Shown here piece by piece: positions 23,701 through 35,800 of a stretch of DNA of 64,000 bases. Source of the stretch: Schizochytrium sp. TIO01 (lineage: Eukaryota > Protista > Bigyra: Labyrinthulomycetes); contig SMSO01000025.1 of the NCBI GenBank assembly GCA_004764695.1, positions 4,194,862 to 4,258,861 on the forward strand, in the 5' to 3' direction. How positions within the stretch are numbered: the stretch's first letter is position 1; each line of letters opens with the position of its first letter. The notes beneath the pieces are model-generated. The model was not told where the DNA came from. It saw only the letters and a list, made by a program, of their open reading frames with translations, and did no database searches. The translations under genes were made by a program, and so were the position numbers.

Positions 23701-25650
23701 TACTAGTTTTAGGAGAATTTGCTGGAATCAAAAGTGCTGCCAAGCTGATCCGAAGCGCCAACAATCAGAGCCAATACAGAGATATGTTTTGACTTGGATT
23801 CGACCCTAGCAGAGAGACTGATAGAGATGCAGCAACAGTCTGGCAAGAACAGAGCTCATAACCTCTGCTGCTCCCCTAAGAAAGAAGAATGTTTTTTTTT
23901 GGTTGTGTCTCTTCACTCATACCATTTACTTAATTAAAAGTTAAGATTTCATCCTTTAGTCTACACTCCAACCAGGGTGGATAGTGCAAACCTTTTCTTC
24001 CTCATAAAATAATAAGTAAAAAAGTATTCAAAAATTTTAGAAACATTGTGGTAGACTGCAGCTTGGTAGGTTAAAACATGATAGGTAGATTTAGTAAGAT
24101 AATGACTTAGGCTGCATACACCACAACAGTGCTCCACTTTACTCATTGAGTTATTTCTGGAATTTCTTTCTTGCAATTTATCGGAAGAAGCACTTATGCG
24201 GCGCTCCACGCCCACCGCAACCACCCATAAGCATAATCAGAAGAGTTTAGTGAAAGGCAGCAGAGAGATAGCACAACAATCTTTTTTCAATCAGCAGTGA
24301 AGGAGTTTTAAGTTGGCGCATTTTGGTACGAGTAGTTAATTATACATTTGGGGACCCACAGAACGCCACAACTGAAGCATGGTGTCTCACGCTCCTTGGC
24401 CACTAAGATTTCTAAACAGCTGAAAGAATTATAAGGGTGTTGCCAGTAAGCTATACTATGCACCAATCCTTCTTTAGCCGAGAGCATATGCAGCATGAAA
24501 ACTGTTTTCCTACGTTCTGGCATCGCTACGCGATAGTTCATTGAAAAAGAGAGGCCTCTATTCAATCGGACTGGGTCCCAGGAGCCACTAGCTGCACGTG
24601 CAGACCATTTAGACTCCATTGCAATTCGTGGTATAGGAAATATAATGATCGTTACTACCTACTACTCAGAGTACACAACTTGAAAGGTTTGTAAGTCACC
24701 CATTTTCCTGTACGAGGGATTTCGGAACGCACTCCCATGAATGACTGCGATTCATATGTCTATACCTACAACAGAACTGCCATTGATTGGCGGCCCCTAG
24801 GTATATTGAAGTAATATTTGCTGTAGAAAACGGAATAGAGACATCTCTCTCTATTTCATTCTATTGAAAAAACCAAAGGTACCTATTAGGAGGGAACTTC
24901 ACACTGATATCCTGACGAGCTAGACTGGTATGTATTCACTCAATTGAAATGGTAAATCACAATTGTTGCAGTTTTTAAAAATGCATTTACGAATTTGAAG
25001 ATCGCCAATGCCCATAAGCTTCTCATTAAGTTTGCTATCCACACAAGTTTTCTCTGTGCCTTCTCTCAGCATATATAACTAGCTGCTATCATGATTACCT
25101 ACTTTTTTGTCTCTTTTGCAATACTTTCTCCGGTGCTGGTCGCGCTATCATGCTTCTCAAACGAGCAGGCTGCTAAATAAGGGCGCATCTTGGTCATTCC
25201 TCAGACAAAAGTTACAGATTTTTTCTCCTTCCTATAATGAAAATAATACTATTAGGACTAGCTAAGGAGGTATAGAGTATCAAGGAGCTCATGAATTACA
25301 AGACTGCAGTAGTGTTGTCACGCCAGTTTGCCCGAGTACTGATAATGGAGGGATATGTAAAAATTCCAGACTCCGTTGGGCGGAGACCTCAATCCATCAT
25401 GGTTCATGAGGAGTAACACGGTCTATCTGGGTACCAAGCCTTAAGAGAGATTGTGCTAAATCTATGCAGCTCTGGCGATCCTTCAAAATGATCTTTGATT
25501 TTTGTAAATATAGGCTAATAATAACAATTTATATTTGCTTTTACGGGTGTCTAGATTCCAGGATAAGCAACAAAACTGTTAGTTCGGTTTTAAAGTTTAT
25601 AATTTAAAATCTTTTATTTTAATTTTGAAGGTAGTGTATTTTATTCGATA

Positions 25651-25678
25651 TCCCATATCCCATATCCCATATCCCATA
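25651..25678. repeat. (TCCCATA)4 tandem repeat
   Basis: Four perfect 7-bp units. Confidence 0.9.
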
Positions 25679-28600
25679 CATCATTTAGGAGTGCCTATGG
25701 CATGTGGTACTATTAATAGGTCACGGTAAGATCATTCTTTTTTCTTTTCTTTTTAAAACTTAAAAGAAAAAAAAAAAGCTGATGATTTTAAGAATATCCC
25801 TTTCTCCCTTTTCTAAAAATAAAAAGACATAGGTGGTGTCTGAGTTAGTGGCGCGCAATAAAAGCGAGCCACTTTGCAATTGTCATGATAATGATACCTT
25901 GAAGGGAAACCAATGATTTTTCAAGCAGAACTCACGCATTATGATTAGCAATTTTATCAAACTAGACTAACCAAAAAAGGGGTGCACGCTTCGGTCTTGA
26001 CATCTTATTGGCACAGCATTACATATTCTACTTCACGATTTACTTCGTGGTTTTCAAGAAATTGCACTATAACTCTACCTTTCCTGCACATGTGCAGAAA
26101 CGGCCAGATATAGCCCTAGAATTCGAGCACCTGCCAGCAGCTCGGCAATTACTGCAGTTCTTTCATTATGTTCAGACTGAAAGACTGAACAAGAATGCTG
26201 AAAAGCACATAATTGCAAATCAAACTGCTTGTAGTATATTCTATAACCTTTTACTGCGCGCCCAAATTGGCTCGTAAATTACGATTGCAATAAGATTCCA
26301 GAATGATATATCTTGTTCCTGCTTGAATTCAAAATTAAACTACATGCCTAGAGGTAGGTTGGTTGGTACCTAGCAGCAACTCAAGTTTTTCAAACAGTAG
26401 CCTAATCATCATCTCTAGATCTTGCAACTACTCTACGGCTGGCTGGTTATGATGATTTACAAACCCTCCACGCGCTACCCGCCCGCCTGGTTCGTTTACG
26501 ATTTGAGGGGAGTTTCATCTTGCAAACGAGCTCAGCGAGATTGCCCAACACATAGCAGTACTTAGAGTGGCTCTGCCAACAGTACGTACCTAAGATGAAA
26601 CTCCTGAAGGGGCTAGGGGTGCTGCAATTGACGGCAAAGACTCTCTTGAAACACCCGAAGAATGACTAGTAACGATGAGCTAGACAGAGAAGTCACAGAC
26701 ACATGCAAAGAATCAGACCACCTCCAGGCGCCTTTTTGGTTTTATTTTATCTCTGTTCTTAAAAGCCTGAAAAGCTCTCTTCATTGTCTCCTGTGGCTTT
26801 TGATGATGCCGGGGTTTGTTTTCACGATTGAGGCGACGTCGAATGAGCGGCTATTGCTCTTTCTTAGCAGGTTCCCAGATACTTTCTTACCACTACCTTC
26901 AAGGACTTACTGTCACCCAGAGAAAACATAAATAAAGAGACTCTTGTTGCGCAAGTTGGAGACGAACTCTAGCGCGCTAAACTGCGCTAAAGTTGTGCAT
27001 GGGAAGAAGTTGGTTAGGTTAGAAAAAGAAATCGTTCAAGTTTAACATTTTTTTTTTCAAGTATCCTAGTAGTAATTAAAGTATTTTCTTTTCAACAAAA
27101 ACCTTTTAATTAAATAAAAGGTATTGAACTCTGATGTACTGTTATGGCTGGCGATTGAAAAAGTATTCAACCTCCCTCGATATCAACTGACAGATTTCAT
27201 GGCTGCTAGTCAACCTATTTATCCATCCTGCATAGTAGGTACCAACCCCCCAAAATATGTCATAGTCAGATCCAAGATTAGCTGATGCGATGTTTTCCTG
27301 TTCTTCCGTTTGCTTCGAAATTTGTTATTATTACTTGTATTTGTTAAAATATTAAAATATGATACCTTGTCTAGTAATTAATTAATATAAACCATTTTGT
27401 TATCATGCGAATTGCTTTTTAAAGTAAGAACATTTTTAATATTTTTTTTTAAATAGTATAAAAATAATAATAACAACAATAATAATAAAACACGCTTAAC
27501 AGCCAACCATTTCTTCCAGGCATATCGGTGAACGCACTGAGCTCGTATTCCTTGAGTTCAGATTGCTCTACATCAGGTGGCTGATCATCTTAGGCAGCCT
27601 CCAATACGATTTGCTGTGTTCATTCTTTATGCATGGTTTATCGTGTTGGGCCATGATGCAAATCTTGCTGATCCTGCCGCAACATAGTTTGAGTTCGCTC
27701 AGGACAATGATTTTGTTTTTTCTAATTAACAAAAAAAAATATAAAAAAACTTTAAAAAAACTTTAAAAAAAAAAAACTAAAAAAAACTAACCACCACGGT
27801 CGCGTCGCTTCCTATTTGCAACCAAGTTGAAGTTGAAGATCCACAACTTATTTGATCGATCACTGCGAATCTATCGTACTCATCAACTGAACACGCTGCG
27901 AGATGAGTAACCGATAGCGTCGTAAACTATCAAGGTCTTACAGCCCTTACTATGAATAATGTGAGGCAAGCAAGCGACTAAACAAGCACTCATTTTGCAC
28001 GATGAATGACAATTATTATTTTTCATCCAAACCCAGTCTATAGAAACTCCTAGTAGCCCTGCTAAGTATGTTTAGCAGCACCATCAGAACACAATGGTAT
28101 GAATGAACTTGAATGACGACTCCCACCGTCGCCGCTAAGATCGCCTCCCTCCTCGTTCGGCGATTTCGTCAACATAAGCCAATTTATGTTGCCGTGTGTG
28201 AAATGGATGGATGCAAGGCTCAGAATAAGCGAAGATCCCACGATGCGCGCGGTGAACAAGATCTTCAGTTCTCTAGTTTCAAGTGAATTTCATTTTGGCT
28301 CAAGTTCCCTCCTTCCAGTAAACGCGCCGCACGTTTTCCCTTCTTTCCTTCTTTTTTCCAAGTGGAGTTTAGTTTCGCCTGAAGTGAAGAATGCGCGTAT
28401 AGTGCACTGTAGCTAAAGTGCAGCATACACTCTACTATGAGCTATGAAAGCGCCCATACTCTAGGACAAAAGCACCTGCCGTTCTCTAATGACGAAGCGA
28501 GCTTGCGCACGCCTTTTTTAGGGCGCGCGTTCCTGAGCGCTATGATCCTGCTCGCATCCCCAATACGCAAGAGTCCTTCCGCAGGGTCTGATTCCTGGCT

Positions 28601-31600
28601 GTCAGGGCTTCTCACGAGCGAGAGAGCGTTCCAGACGGCTTTGCGGCCGTGATCGCCGAGGCTCATCGGGCCAGACGCACGATCTTGGCGGAAGTAGCGA
28701 GATGACACCTTGGAATCATCAGCGCGTGAAGGCACGCTGCGGCACTTATCTCGAACTACGGATTTTGGTGGAGATGAATACCAACAACGATAGCGGCGCT
28801 CTGATCCTGACAGTACGCCCTCCGCTTGATTATTCGCAGCTCGAAGTCTGCCAAACAATGGGTTGGTTGAGCTGGGTAGGCAGGTAGCTTCGTTGCTCTT
28901 GATTCGCTTTGATCTCCAACTTGATTTGCACGCAAGCGCTTAATTTCATATTTCCTAAAATAGCCAAATCCATCGCAGAGACCATCGCAGCAGAGTAGGC
29001 ACGTCCCGCAAATCTAGGTCGCTGACGGCTCGGGTATCTACGCATTAGGGCGTCCGCCGCCAACGATTGATTAACGGAGGCAGCGGAAGAGCGGCCTGCG
29101 CCTCACGAATCAAGGGGCTCGCGCTTTTGGCATGACATTGAAAGTTGTTAGCCACAAAAAGAACGTACCTAACTCTACAGGTAGGTAGGTACAAGTTGAT
29201 CTTCATGACATGCGTATCTTCTGCTACCAAGGTACCTTCCAGTCCAAATGGAAACTCGTAGATTTATGAACAAGCCTGCCTCCTCGAAAGTAATCGTCTG
29301 CTCCCACGGATTTGCACCTACTGCACCAGGAGTTTCATGGCTCCTTGATTCGTTCTGAGCATGAAAACTCGTCAAAGGGTGCAGTTGACGAAGAAGACAA
29401 TCGACGAGGTGGTAGAATTAACAGTTAGCCGCAGGGTTGGAACCAATCGATGTACTTTTTTTTTTTATACTTTTTTTAAAATAAATAAATTAAAATTAAA
29501 ATTAAAATTAATTCGAAACATGTTTGTTTATCTCAAGTTATCGTCATGATCATGATGACAGGAACACATGTTTTTTGTCTTTTACTTCTATATAGCAGGA
29601 AGTAATGGAATGACTTTGGCAGTCAACCTGAGCTGTCAAAGAGAGAACAATTGGTGTTCGGATACCTACGCTAAATTCTTAGTGATGCATGATCCGATGG
29701 TAACAAAAGGCCCACATGAGCAATCAAGCCTGTGGCCCTCCGCCCACTGTGACCTTCGTGTCCTCTGCTGCTATGATCACTATGGTATTCATGCCAACAT
29801 GATTCTATGATTTCATGATTCCTGATTCATGCATAACTTTATTCTGGTTTCATTCAAATCATGATCAATTGCAGCCTTTGCGGGGGAAGATAAGGATCTT
29901 CAGATTATACCAAACGAGGAGGATTGGACACCTTTAAAATGACACTACGGTGATATGATCGTCATGAATATCATTATCGTAGCAGAGCCGAGAAGAGCAG
30001 GTTTCTATACACGCGCTGGTGCTCAGTTACGCCTTTATAGACGCCTCAATCCATGGGCTTGTTTTCTAAAGTGAGGATTCATTATGGTTTCTCCTGTTGC
30101 GCAAACGGAGGATGCGCCGTTTATAAAATTTTAAATGTAGAAATGAAACTCCACAAGGTGGACGGACCAATAAGGTTAAGTTCATGGACGCTTTGGACTT
30201 TGATGCATTATTTTAAAAGAAGAGTTTCACCTGGAAACGCAGCTAATGAGACGGAGATACAATACGGACTGCATTGGCAATATTAGTCAAATTGTTCAAG
30301 GGTTCACTGAAGTGAATGAGAGGAAAGAAGGAACATCCTCTCCGAGCTCTTGCGATCCCCGGCAAGCGAACCTGCTCAATGTTCTCAAGGACCAGTGAAC
30401 CGCAGTTCTGTCCTAGATCACATCCTGAAACCCCATCAACCATTTATTCCGCACGTGCTAAATTTTGGGAAAACTTTTACTTATTAAGCGAAACACTCCC
30501 TCTCGTCATTAAACTTCATCCATTTATCCTTACATTGTGCTGCATTCACTCAATACGCGTCATTTCCATTGCCACAACAACTTTGACACAACTTCAGCAG
30601 AAGTAGAGCATTGAATGGCTATCACACTCTTGTTTACTTTTTCTAATTATTTAAAAAGAAAAAGATTAAAAATGAAAAATTGCGAAGCCTTTTCTTCTAA
30701 GTTAGCGATAGCGATTCTTTTCTTTTGTTCACCTTTGTAGGATTTCTAGAAGAAAAAAAAATTAATTTGCACACTCTCGGGGTAACCGGGAAAATATGCG
30801 CAGGTGCTTAAAGCTGGGTAGTATGAGGTGCGGGACAACCTGCGTAGGGGCGGAGGAACCTATGCTTCTTCGAAGTGTACCTCGATCCCCCCTGAGCTCG
30901 AGGGAGATCTGCGGCGAAAGGGCCGATTCAAGTTAATCTCTTCTCTCGCCGTGAAACAGAGTTCGCCAGTAATGGTGCCGGTCAAACACTGCCGAGAGCG
31001 AGTTAGCTGGGGGGTGGTTAGCACGCACGAACTTCAGACTTCAAGGATTGGGATCCCGGCACCGCCATCTTCCCACCTAGGTAGTATTATTTGTGGATGA
31101 CCCAGAGCGACGAAAAAACTTCACTGCCACCTATCTATCGAGGCTGCTCGCGTGCAGGGACGCTCAAGTCGACGTTCTAAATGAAGGGTCAACCTAGCTT
31201 GAGCCCGACTTTGCAATGCCAATCGCCCTCCCTCGCTGGCGGCACGTTTTCAGATTCTGCACGTGCTGCGCTACATTCGTCTCCATTTTCAAATTAGGCG
31301 ATTTTTTGATTCATACATACAGATAGGAAAAGCAGGGACCAGTACACTTCACTTATTATTATGATGTGCAATCGGTTTTGATTGAAAAAGAAAGGAGTGG
31401 AAATCGTCTCGTTGAGAGTGAATATGTAGAGTTGACGACTTGAAGTCAACTTAAGGTTCAAGGTCCAAGGATGCTTCACTGAAACCTTAAATATAATGCG
31501 TCTGGGCGGCAATTTGAACGCCTTAGTGGGTGATCTTTAAGCTGTAACTCTTGACGTTTGGGACAATGCCTTGTCGCGCTATTTTGAGTCTAGGTTTGCA

Positions 31601-31840
31601 GCGATTTATATATGATTAAGACTTGAACGTCTGTCCTGAGTCACCAGAGTGGCCAAAGTATCTGCTAAATATTTAAGCGCATAGCTCTCAAACAACGGTG
31701 AATTGCCTAAACTTACATATTTCCAAGTGATCAGGGAAGAATATCGCAAGGTTTGTCGTTTGCCGCTGAGCCCTGGCAATGCTGAGAACAATGATATGAT
31801 CTGACTCCTTGGGTGAATAACCTTCCTTAAAAGTATGGAG

Positions 31841-31866
31841 CTCTCTCTCTCTCTCTCTCTCTCTCT
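31841..31866. repeat. (CT)13 microsatellite
   Basis: Read directly from the sequence. Confidence 0.9.
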
Positions 31867-32887
31867 TGTACGACTCAAGTTATTTTAAATCAACAGACAT
31901 TTGGTACGATAGCTCAATCTAATCGTGACGGAATGGTTCCACTCGCAGTAGTGGTATTACTAAGTGCTCCCATCCCCAGTTGTGTCGGTATTCTGCGCAG
32001 AGAAACACAAAGGTAAGAACAACCTCGTGATTGAATCGTATGATTGCCAAACACACGTACATCGATCCACAGAGCTGTGTTGCACGAAGTTCGTGAAACG
32101 ACGGTTACCCTAACTTTTCGCGATGATGAGAATTGAGATAGATGATATAGAAAGTCAGGGTTGACGACTCTAATGTAAGAGTGCTTATAAATGTACATGT
32201 GAGTCTGTTGAAACTCCAGGCTTGTGAAGAGTCAGGCCAATTCTACTATCTGTGTCTCTTCACAAACATACACGAGGAAGAACTCGACATGATTTTGCAT
32301 TGAGAATCCAAAATTCGTGCAGAAACCTTGTACGTGAAACAGTTGCCATTTCGAATATGAAGAATGTGCAGAATGTAAGAAATGATGTAACATGAAACAT
32401 CTTCTCCTTTTCAGCTCGTATCCAAAGTCCACTTCAACATTTCTTATTTGTGTTACCAAGCTCAGTTGCTTTTCTGGTATGCCAGATGGCACCGGTGTTG
32501 TAGACTGCTTTGGTTTTTTAATTCTTAATAATCCATGCCGTCACATGAAAATGCTCATGGTCTCTTGGGTTTTCCTAACCTGCATCTAACCGCCCTTAAC
32601 GACCCTGCTTGTACCAAGTCCGATGATACCTTAGGTAGGTGCCCTATCTGATATACTAGTCCCTACATTAGTCGAAGAGCTTCGTGGTGTGTACCAAGAC
32701 GTCCCCGGGGACACCTATAAGCACAGCGCGGAGTTCGGGTTCTGTCGCAGGAAATCTCGATGACAGTATCTAGATACAGATTTTTTCGAAACCCCCACTT
32801 GACAATAAATAACCACTCGCGGTTTGGGTTTCTGGGCAGTCACGAAAAGCTCATTGGGGTGTGCTGGCCAACCAGGGGCCCCGCGCG

Positions 32888-35800
32888 ATGAGCTTCGAGC
32901 TGAGCAACCCTTCGGGGTCCGCAGAACATCGGGCACGCCGCCGACAGCGACGATCACAGGTCATTGAAAGACATTCTCAGCAAGAAGCGCTAGGAGTGCG
33001 CACAGAACTCTTCATCCTGCAACCTCAGTTTGCCAGCGTGCATCCTGAGAATTCGACTCGTATTTTGAACTCAGCTGGAGCAAGCGAAGGGAATGATGGA
33101 GACGACATTGTGGAATCGAAACTATCAAATGGCATTCAGCAAGCCCTGGGAAACTACATTTGCACGGAGAACCGAAGCACAACATCTTTGCAACCTTTCA
33201 CCAACGACGACAATGGTGAAGAACCAGTATTCGCAATTGGAAAGAGCAGCTCCATGTCAAGGACTTCCCTTCTTGATCCTGGGGAAAAGATCATTGAGGA
33301 GGATAATGAGGATGACGAGGATAGGAGTTCGAGCGGGCCTTTCTTTCCACGGGCAATCCAGGAAGGCGATGAAACCGCAAGCAATTCCGAAAATGATGAC
33401 ATAAGCAGCTCAGGTCGATTTGAGAACCAACACGAAAATATAGAGTCAAGAAACTTTGAAGAAGATATCGAGCAGGATGACCTCTTATCAGACGAAGAAA
33501 GCGATCTTGAATCTCTTGATGAAGATACTTATGGTGTACTTCAACATATCCGCCTACCTATGAAAGAAAAGTTGCTTCACCAAGACAACACTGGCAAGCT
33601 AATGTTTCGAAGCCTCCCAGGTGGGTTCGTAGCAAGTGCGAGTGGGGCACTCCGCTTCTACGAGCCTGGATCTCTTAAAAGGGCGCTGCTTGTTGAAACC
33701 AAGTTGCATCGCACGCTGGCTGAAGCGGTCGGCGGTTCAAGCCCATCTTTTCAAAGTATCGACAAACTTGTTCATGAGACGACACTGTTTTCTCTTCAAA
33801 CTACGCCGGACGGTGAAGCACTTTTGTTAAATCTTGAAACTCATGCGGCACTTCTGGATATGATCAACAATTGGTTAACAAGCTGGCCTGATCGTGTGCA
33901 GCGCAAGCTCGAACGGCATCTCGCTACTGTCTCAGCAGCAATCATTGATAAGAAGAAGGGGGCCGCTAAAGCAAATGCCCTGCACTCTCTGTGGGAGCTT
34001 GCATTGCAGCCAGAAAATCATGGCTTTTTGCTCAATGAAGAAAACAAGCGTTCCATGGAGGTCGTGCGTGCTGCACTTGACGTAGTGAGCTCAGTCATGC
34101 CATTTTGTGGACATGGAGAAAACCAGTTGCGGCAATCAACACATTATATGGCAACTGGTTTTCTAGACGCCCTGCTTGCCGACCCAAACTCGAGAACTAC
34201 TCTCCTACAAAATACCGAGTTCTCCAACCTCATACTTCAATCTTTCTTAGTCAGTCTCAAGCGCATGCCTTCAGCTCAGTTCGGTGCCGTTCCAGCTGCC
34301 CCTATTCTCACTGCCACCATCAAGGCAATTGCACATCTCTCGCACGAAGGTGCCCTGCATGACGCTCTCTTGAAGTCGAAACAGCATACAGAGCGTCTAC
34401 TGCAGGTCGCCGAAAACACAGAAACAACTGCAGTCGCTGAGCGAACTCTCGAACTGTTAGCAAGGGCCTTATCTACCTCCGTGAGCTTAGCTGAACATCA
34501 CCATGTGGCAGATCGCGTTTGCCGCCGGGCTTTTGATAGCACCCGGCGAGTCTCGATTCATACCCGAAGTATCGTTGCTCAATCTTGCTATTTTTTCTTC
34601 AGGACTGCTCGCCATATGCACGGCTTTGAGAGCTCCACATGGGAATCCTTAGTGTCTGCACTTGAGAAATCTCTGACATCATTTGATCGAGTGGTCCATA
34701 AATCACATGCAGCTTTTCACGATGATGTTACCTTGTGGCGGAAACGACAGCGACACATTGACGAGGTTACCAGCAGCGGAGAAGACACCCAATCTTCTGT
34801 TACTTCCATCGCAAGACTTGAAACCCAGAACTCGAGATCTTCACAGCACTTTAGCGACGTAGACTTTTCTGAAAAGAATGATGCTTTCAGTGAGGAAGAT
34901 TATGGATTCGACAATGATCTCCCGGAACTTGAACCCGTACTGGAAGGGCATTACCTGGAGTTCAAACAAGTTATGATTTTTAATACAATCATGATCTGTG
35001 CAGCACTAGAGAATATTCTCGGTAAACAGCACATAGACCTTCCCGACCATATTGCAGAGAAACTGCTGACTACGCTTCTTCGTATTCTAACTGTCATTAC
35101 CCATGTCAAGTATGCTGATGTTGCAGATCTAGAAGATGACGAACCATCGTTGGATGCTGAGAACCCGCATTCGTTAAGTAAACAGGGCAAAGATTGTACT
35201 ATTCGTCAATTGGAGCTTCTCGTACTAACGACTCTTGTTGATCTTATTGGGCAGCGTCGCACCGCCTTTCGCGCAGTGGTCAAGAGACGTGCTAAGCAAG
35301 TTTGGGATTTCTTTCCAATCGATACCCTTTTAGAACGTCACTCTCAAGCAGCGCAGGAAATGCAAGCACAACTACTTTATTTGCTCGCTCAACAAACTGT
35401 TGTCCCATTAAAAGTTGCAAATGATATCTTGCAAAGGGCCCTATCGTCTCAAGGAGCAGATGCTTTTACAAGGTCAACTCGGAGGCATCTGGCTTCTGTG
35501 GTTGCTCTTGCTTGCCAATCAGGAAGTATTACTCTAGTGCACTATATTGATTTCATCAAGACGTTTGTTAACGAGACCCCAGAGCTCGAGATCAGAGATG
35601 CAATTGTTGAGGAAATACTTTTCTGCGGGTTTCCCTTGGTTGTATACACAGCTCGCTACAAGTTCAGTGGAGATCTTTACAGCTATGAGTTAAATGCTGC
35701 TCTTGATCTACTCGTGGACTATGCTGCAAAGCGCTCAGAAACTGTTTTGCCTATGTTGCGTGGCCTTCAGCGTCTTTTCCGTGCAGCACTGGATAAACTG

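Noticed and set aside
29532-29631. C/D-box snoRNA candidate (ATGATGA…CTGA)
   Set aside because: No terminal stem or recognisable rRNA antisense element; lies in an ATGAT-rich patch.
30800-30852. TPP-riboswitch-like 3' end (GCGGG-ACAA-CCTGCGTAGGG)
   Set aside because: No upstream CTGAGA or CCTGAT core elements and no adjacent thiamine gene.
32701-32712. 12-bp palindromes GTCCCCGGGGAC (32701) and CCTAGGCCTAGG (54844)
   Set aside because: Several 12-bp palindromes are expected by chance in 64 kb; no other support.
14710-32887. Apparent excess of CCTAG/CTAGG (Dcm-like deamination signature)
   Set aside because: My rough count was close to the composition-based expectation.
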